Source: Octopus vulgaris (lineage: Eukaryota). Taken from it: a stretch of 64,000 nucleotides of DNA. Positions 57,730 to 64,000 of this stretch are shown one piece after another (position 1 is the first letter of the stretch; each line of letters opens with the position of its first letter). The position numbers and the translations under genes are program-made. The DNA is taken from positions 78,182,001-78,246,000 of the forward strand of contig OX597828.1 in the NCBI GenBank assembly GCA_951406725.2, given 5' to 3'. The notes beneath the pieces are model-generated. The model was not told the origin of the DNA and searched no databases. It saw nothing but the letters and a program-made list of their open reading frames with translations.

Positions 57730-58060
57730 TACTGGAATATAGAAATGACTACCTCCTTGTAGTTTCCTACGGAACATGCTTGCTTCATTTCTTCCCAGTC
57801 TTCTCAAATCCTCTATATTCAAGGCCCTTTTCTCACTACCATACTGCATTGCAGTTCTAATACAAGTGTCTTACAATCTGCCCTTCACTCTGAGGGAAAA
57901 CACCTTTGTTGTCAATAGTGGCAGTAACTCCCTGAAGTTTCCCTAGTCTGTTCTTACTCTGGCTGTTATACTTCAGAGCATCCAGCTCCCAAGCCAGTTA
58001 CATCTCCTCGGTTACAAAATCTATCAGCTACCTCCTCTAGTGAACCATCTGGGCATTTAA
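57730..58060 (-). mobile_element. Old RTE remnant
   Basis: Minus strand FRELLPLLTTKVFSLRVKGRL. Confidence 0.7.
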
Positions 58061-58399
58061 GAGAATATATTTCTGGTGTGCTCTTAGTATGTATGGTCAA
58101 AAGTGTTCTAGCTGTGACTATGCTGTCTTTTTTAAAATAATAGAGTGTAATTGAAGAAAGATTTGGCTGTTATTTCAACTAGGTAATGCAACACTACGAT
58201 GGAACTATTTATACATCTATTCTGTTGTGGTGCACCTGAGCACTGTACACAATAAGCTCATTATTATTATGTTACTATTTTCTGCAATGTAATTACTGTG
58301 ACATAGAAACTTCTATGATGTTGATATTACTATCACACACAGTTTTTGTGATGTAGCTTTCTGTTTTGTAAATTATAATGATATTGCCAAATCAAATAA

Positions 58400-58760
58400 C
58401 TGGATTTGGTTGACACGGCCCTTGTCAAGCAATGGCATATGGTCTCATTCCTTAGAGAAGTTTGGCTGCCACAGCTTCCCAGCTAGGTTGGTGCACAATT
58501 TCCTACAGAAGATTGGTCTGGAACCCAGAGAAAGCCACCAAAGGCTTTCTTTCGGGTTCAGCATGACAGCTGAAACCATCTCAAGGTGGGTGTGGTTGAT
58601 AAGAGACTATGAGTGGAACCCTTCTACAGGTGAAGACTAATTCAGTCCTTGTCACCCCACTCAGGTGAAGCATACTGGTTAAGATGCACTTCTGACCCTC
58701 AGATACCTGTTGAGGAAATGGAAAGATTTTCTGCATTGCAAAGGATTAAGAAGAGCCTGC
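58400..58760 (+). mobile_element. HERO-like (RLE) non-LTR retrotransposon 3' remnant
   Basis: ORF 58410-58640 FGCHSFPARLVHNFLQKIGL...TAETISRWVWLIR resembles the EVGCRGF...AE.ASRWLW terminus. Confidence 0.55.
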
Positions 58761-58784
58761 AAAACTTCTGAGTTGCTCTTGCAA

Positions 58785-59006
58785 TTTCTTATTTCTTTAC
58801 TGCCTACAGAGGGGACAAATGAGGACAGACAAACAGATTAAGTTGATTATATCGACTCCAATGCATAACTGGTACTTATTTAATCGGCCCCAAAAGGATG
58901 AAAAGCAAAGTCAACCTCGATGGAATTTGAACTCAGAACGTAGCGGTAGACGAAACACTGCTAAGCATTTTTCCCAGTGTGCTAACATTTCTGCCAGCTC
59001 GCCACC
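58785..59006 (-). mobile_element. SINE family B
   Basis: Core AAAGGATGAAAAGCAAAGTCAACCTCG; head CTGCCAGCTCGCCACC. Confidence 0.75.
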
Positions 59007-59244
59007 TTTGCTGCTCTTGCAATTTCTGCACGAGGCAAAGTATCTCTGGTGTTTATTTCACCTTCTGTAATGTTGTAACTTTCGTGACACAGTATTGTGT
59101 GGTGTAAGGCATGTGATGCTATTGTTCCTGTGATGTAACCATTACGACGCAATATTAAGTGGTGTAAGATCTATGGCCCAGAAGATTCTGTGATGTGAGT
59201 ATAGTGGAATTGAGCTTTTATGACCATGACTACCCATGAAACAG

Positions 59245-59645
59245 AAGTGGCTCTGTAGTAGGAAGTTTGCTTCCCAACCACATGGTTTTGGGTTCAGTTC
59301 TACTGTGTGGAATCTCGGTCAGGTGTGTCTTCTACTATAGCTCCAGGCCAACCAAAGCCTTGTGAATGGATTTGATGAACAGAAACTGAAAAAAGCCCAC
59401 TGTGTGTGTGTGTGTGTGTGTAAGTGAGAGAGAGAGAGGCCTTGTCTTAACATCATGTGTAATGTTAGTTGTAAAATGATTGTCGCTGTCATACAAGACG
59501 TGTCATTCATTTCCAGTTTTCTGTGAAAACATGTCTTGCCTTGAGGAAATTATTACCTTAAAACAAAGGCATCCAGTCATATAAAATCTGCCTCAACAGA
59601 ATTTTGTGTCTGACCCATTCAAACATGGAAAAGTGAGCATTAAAA
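59245..59645 (+). mobile_element. SINE family A, RTE-type tail
   Basis: Family A head then AGGCATCCAG...GACCCATTCAAACATGGAAAAGTGAGCATTAAA. Confidence 0.7.
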
Positions 59646-59647
59646 TA

Positions 59648-59862
59648 ATCCTTTCTACTATAGGCACAACACCTGAAATTTGTGGGGAGGAGGGACAGCC
59701 GATTACATCGACCCTAGTCCTCAACTGGTACTTATTTTATCGACCCTGAAAGGATGAAAAGTAAAGTCGACTTTGGGAGTATTTGAACTCAGAACGTAAT
59801 GATGAGCGGAACACTGCTATGTATTTTGTCTGGCATGCTAACAATTCTGCCTGTGTGCCACC
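59648..59862 (-). mobile_element. SINE family B
   Basis: ATCGACCCTGAAAGGATGAAA core. Confidence 0.72.
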
Positions 59863-59949
59863 TTTGAGCATTAAAATAATCATAACTTATCGTGTGTATT
59901 GTGAGATGATATCTTCTTTGTCTGACACCCTTCTTTGTTTCTATTTCAG

Positions 59950-60011
59950 CACTAAATCCTATAGATTCAAAGCGGAGAGCCGAAAGTTGGAAACGAAACC
60001 GACGGGCATTG
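59950..60011 (+). CDS. STK38: NDR/STK38 kinase exon, basic auto-inhibitory segment
   Basis: cag|CA...TTG|gtatgc, 62 nt, phase 1/0; (T)LNPIDSKRRAESWKRNRRAL. Confidence 0.94.
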
Positions 60012-60174
60012 GTATGCAATTGGCTCTTATTCCTTTACTGTGTTCCAGTCTAAAGGCTCTGGCCATGCTGGGGCACCACACCATGTAGCTTTATGTCTTT
60101 CATTAACAGTTCTGTACTGATCTTTAGAAGCTACCTCCATTGTTTCCGCTCCTTCACCTTTCTCAATAATTTCC

Positions 60175-60588
60175 TTACTCTTTTACTTGTTTCAGTCATT
60201 TGACTGCGGCCATGCTGGAGCACGGCCTTTATTCGAACAAATCGATCCCAGAGCTTATTCTTTGTAAGCCTAGTACTTATTCCATCGTTCTCTTTTGCTG
60301 AACCACTAAGTAACAAGGACATAGACGCACCAGCATCAGTTGTCAAGCGATGGTGGGGGGGGGACAAACACAGACACACAAACATTATACATATACATAA
60401 ATACATACATACATATATTTATACAATGGGCTTCTTTCAGTTTCCATCTACCAAATCCACTCACAAGGCTTTGGTCAGCCCGAGGCTATAGCAGAAGACA
60501 CTTGCCCAAGGTGCCACACAGTGAGACTGAACCCAGAACCATGTGATTGGTAAGCAAGCTACTTACCACATAGCCACTCCTGCGCCTA
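60175..60588 (-). mobile_element. SINE family A, full length, CR1-type tail
   Basis: + strand TTTTACTTGTTTCAGTCATTTGACTGCGGCCATGCTGGAGCAC...CCACATAGCCACTCCTGCGCC. Confidence 0.85.
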
Positions 60589-61150
60589 TGATATTTATAC
60601 TCCTCTCGTGTCTCCCTCTGTTTGCTATGAAGCTACTAACTTGCACAGCTACCTTGACTTCTTCTAACACTACAACTGCCATCTCTTTCTTGCAGTTTCT
60701 TCAGCTCTATAACCATACAGTAAAGATTTGGATTCTCTCTCTAAATCTAAAGAAATGTGCCAAATCCTTTAGACATGGCATTATCCTGTATGGTTAAATA
60801 ATTCCTTCCCTGGTGTGACTGTATCTCTAGTCGTATCTCTACTCTACAGGGTCCGATCCATTGACAGAACTTCTGCACTTTGACACCAAACTCACACACC
60901 TGAAGATAGAATACCCTCTTTTACAACCTTTCTTTCATTCGTTCAGCCCCTATTTCTCAAATAAACTATTCTCTGCAACTTTCATTTCATCCCCTTTGGC
61001 CCTCTAACTGCTCCCTTTTTTTCCTAATCTTTCCCTCTTTCCATTCAAAGGATCAAAAAAAAAAATCCAAATGACCTCTTAGATAGAAACTTCCTTCTCT
61101 CCTGTAACACTCGCACACATGCACGCACGTGTGCGAACTGTCACCTTTAA

Positions 61151-61369
61151 CCCATTACCGTTTAGAATACTCTGTCAAATGTAATTATCAATTATTCATC
61201 TTGTTTGGAATTAATTACGTGTTATCTTGTAGCTTGGAGATTTCAATGTCTTATTGTTTATTGTTAAAATGACTTTCTAGGCTAGGAGTAAGAGGCCAGA
61301 TCTTGACTATTTGAACATAAACCAGGTAGAATATTTGGGCTTAATATGGTTGGTTCAAATGCTAAAGAG
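61151..61369. mobile_element. TTAA MITE family 2
   Basis: TTAA|CCC...ATGCTAAAGAG|TTAA; body similar to 29489-29700. Confidence 0.7.
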
Positions 61370-61647
61370 TTAAATGCTCTTGTTCTGTAACTTAAATTTG
61401 TCCCCTTATCTCCATCAATATACTCATAACTGGATTCAAAACTCAATTCCGTCACTGATGCTTTTAATTGCATTGCTCCCCCCCCCAACCTCATATGCTG
61501 AGTCAATCATAAACTGTAATTGCCTCTTTGCCACTGAGCCTGATGCCGTTTGGATGAGCATTCCCTCCAGCATCTTTGCAAATGTTCATAACAACACCAA
61601 GCAACCTCCAAACTGTGCTTGTGCCACATGAAATGCTCTAAGTCCAC

Positions 61648-62302
61648 TCTTATTTCTTTACTGCCCACAAGGGACTAAACACAGAGGGGACAAACAAGGA
61701 CAGACAAATGGATTAAGTTGATTATATCAACCCCAGTGTGTAACTGGTACTTATTTAATCGACCCTGAAAGGATGAAAGGCAAAGTCGACCTCGGCGGAA
61801 TTTGAACTCAGAACATAGTTCACTCTGCTGAGTGGTTGGTGATAGGAAGGACATACAGCTGTAAAAATCCTGCTAAAACAGTCACAGAAGTCTGGTGCAG
61901 GCCTCTGCCTGGCTGGTTCTTGTGAAACTGTCCCACCCATGCAAGCATGGAAGCCGGACATTAAACAATGATGATGATGATGCATTCAGCATTAAAGGTG
62001 TTAGTGATTGGTTTGTAAGAGGTTTGGCTGTTGTTTTTGGTGCATCAATTCATCCCCATGGAACCACTCACATTTGAATACAATATATAACAATAATAAT
62101 GGTTTCAAATTTGGGTACAAGCCCAGCAATTACATCAGCCCCCCAATACTCAACTGATACTTGTTTCATCAACCTTGAAAGGGATGAAAGGTGAATTCAA
62201 CTTGTGGAATTTGAACCCACAACATGAAAGTTGGATGAAATGCTGCAAAGCATTTTGCCCAGCATGGTTACGATTCTGCTAGACCACCACCCTAATAATA
62301 AT

Positions 62303-62346
<44 letters not shown>

Positions 62347-62546
62347 GCAATAATAATATTCCTTTCTACTGGAAGCACAAGGCCTCAAATTTGGGAGAAG
62401 GGATTAAGTTGGTTACATTGACCCTAGTGTGTAACTGGTACTTATTTGATCGACCCTGAAAGGATGAAAGGCAAAGTCAATCTCAGTGGAATTTGAACTC
62501 AGAACATAAAGACAGGCGAAATACTGCTAAGCATTTTGCTCAGCGT
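61648..62546 (-). mobile_element. Cluster of three SINE family B copies plus a plus-strand RTE tail (about 61820-61982)
   Basis: Family B core at about 61740, 62155 and 62432. Confidence 0.72.
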
Positions 62547-63077
62547 TCTTTGTAATAATAATAATAATAATAATGATGATGATGATGATGATAATTTGCT
62601 TTTGTAATAATAATAATAATAATAATAATTAGAAGTTTGAAAAGTGATACAAGCACCTACATGTGATGTCATATGCACACATCTCACAAAGACTCACTCT
62701 CATACATTACAACCACACATTACAATCATACACACACCCAGCATAACCACATGTACATACACACACCAAAACATTATCGTTACCTTTGTTAGATCTGTCA
62801 TCTGGTTCCGATTTTGCCCAGTTACAGTATTATAGTCCTGATTAGAAAGACTTTTGATCAAAGAGAGTCCAACAATGACACTCCCATTTTTTTTCTTTTT
62901 AAACAAAGTACATATGAACAAATAATAGTTCCACTTGTTTGAAATGAGTAAATCTCTATCTATTTCTAGCAGGTCAAGCATATTTGTGAAAGCAAGGATA
63001 TTATGAAGTATATCAACACCAAAATCATTGCTTGTTGTTGTTGTTGTTACCAGATTTGTTTGCAGTGCAAAATATAA

Positions 63078-63233
<156 letters not shown>

Positions 63234-63414
63234 TAGAAAGTACTTTGGTGTGCACTCCAAATTGTTTTTAATGAGCAGTAAGAAGGCTGTTTGAGGATTT
63301 TGCTATTAAATTTGATTGGAATAATTTGTTAAATATAATTTAGTATGTCCTTCTTTAGACAATGGAAGAAACTTTCCAATGCTGAGATGTGAATGTTGGT
63401 TTCCTTACTGACTG

Positions 63415-63750
63415 TCATCATCATCATCATCATCATCGTCGTTGGACATGTGTTGGACAGTTTGACTGAGGACTGGAGAGCCAGAAGGCTGCACCAGGCT
63501 CCAGTCTGATCTGGCAAAGTTTCTACAGCTGGATGCCCTTCCTAATGCCAACCGCTCCAAGAGTGTAAAGGGTGCTTTTACATGTCACTGGCATGAGGGC
63601 CAGTCAGGTGGTTCTGGCAACAACCATGCTCAAATGGTGTTTTTATGTGCTACCTGCATGGGAGCCAGTCCGGCGGCACTGGCAACAACCACGCTCAAAT
63701 GTTGTTTTTCATGTGCTTGTAAGGCAACGCTGGCAATCATCACATCGCCT
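63415..63750 (-). mobile_element. RTE-type 3' UTR and tail fragment
   Basis: (CAT)n then CACCAGGCTCCAGTCTGATCTGGCA...GGTGCTTTTACATG. Confidence 0.75.
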
Positions 63751-64000
63751 TACCGGCAGAAGTGTGTATGTATGTGTGTGTTTGCATGTATATGTGCATG
63801 TGTGTGTATGTATATATATATGTTTAATATAAACTATTGGGAAAAGGCGCACTCAATTCAATGGTAGAGATAAATGAGGTTTATTCCAGTTGAAATAAAT
63901 GAAGCCTCTTGCTTCTCTGAGTCTCACCTGTCGGTGCACAAGATCTTCAGGCAAGCTGTAATTTGCAACATACCTAAAGATTTTGTGTGTACCTACTGGT

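Overview
Eukaryotic, AT-rich, microsatellite-dense genomic DNA. The SINE/LINE repertoire looks like a coleoid cephalopod, probably Octopus (inference from recognition, not searched). The only host gene I can support is an NDR-family Ser/Thr kinase (STK38/STK38L/tricornered) on the + strand. Seven coding exons lie at 34790-63219, all with AG/GT boundaries and consistent phases; the N-terminal and C-terminal exons were not found in this window. The rest is intronic and packed with mobile DNA: RTE-type LINEs with a PHD-like C4HC3 finger inside the RT, two CR1-group LINEs (one about 998 codons with a single stop), Penelope-like remnants with hammerhead-ribozyme motifs, R4/Dong- and HERO-like ends, mariner remnants, TTAA (piggyBac-type) MITEs, a Helitron-like element and three tRNA-type SINE families. 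Most long ORFs in the track are microsatellite artefacts. The best leads are a 9-nt in-frame microexon candidate, a nested near-perfect fold-back in intron DNA, a SINE that swaps between CR1-type and RTE-type tails with both partner LINEs present, and a minimal hammerhead ribozyme. Repeat boundaries are approximate; nothing was database-searched.
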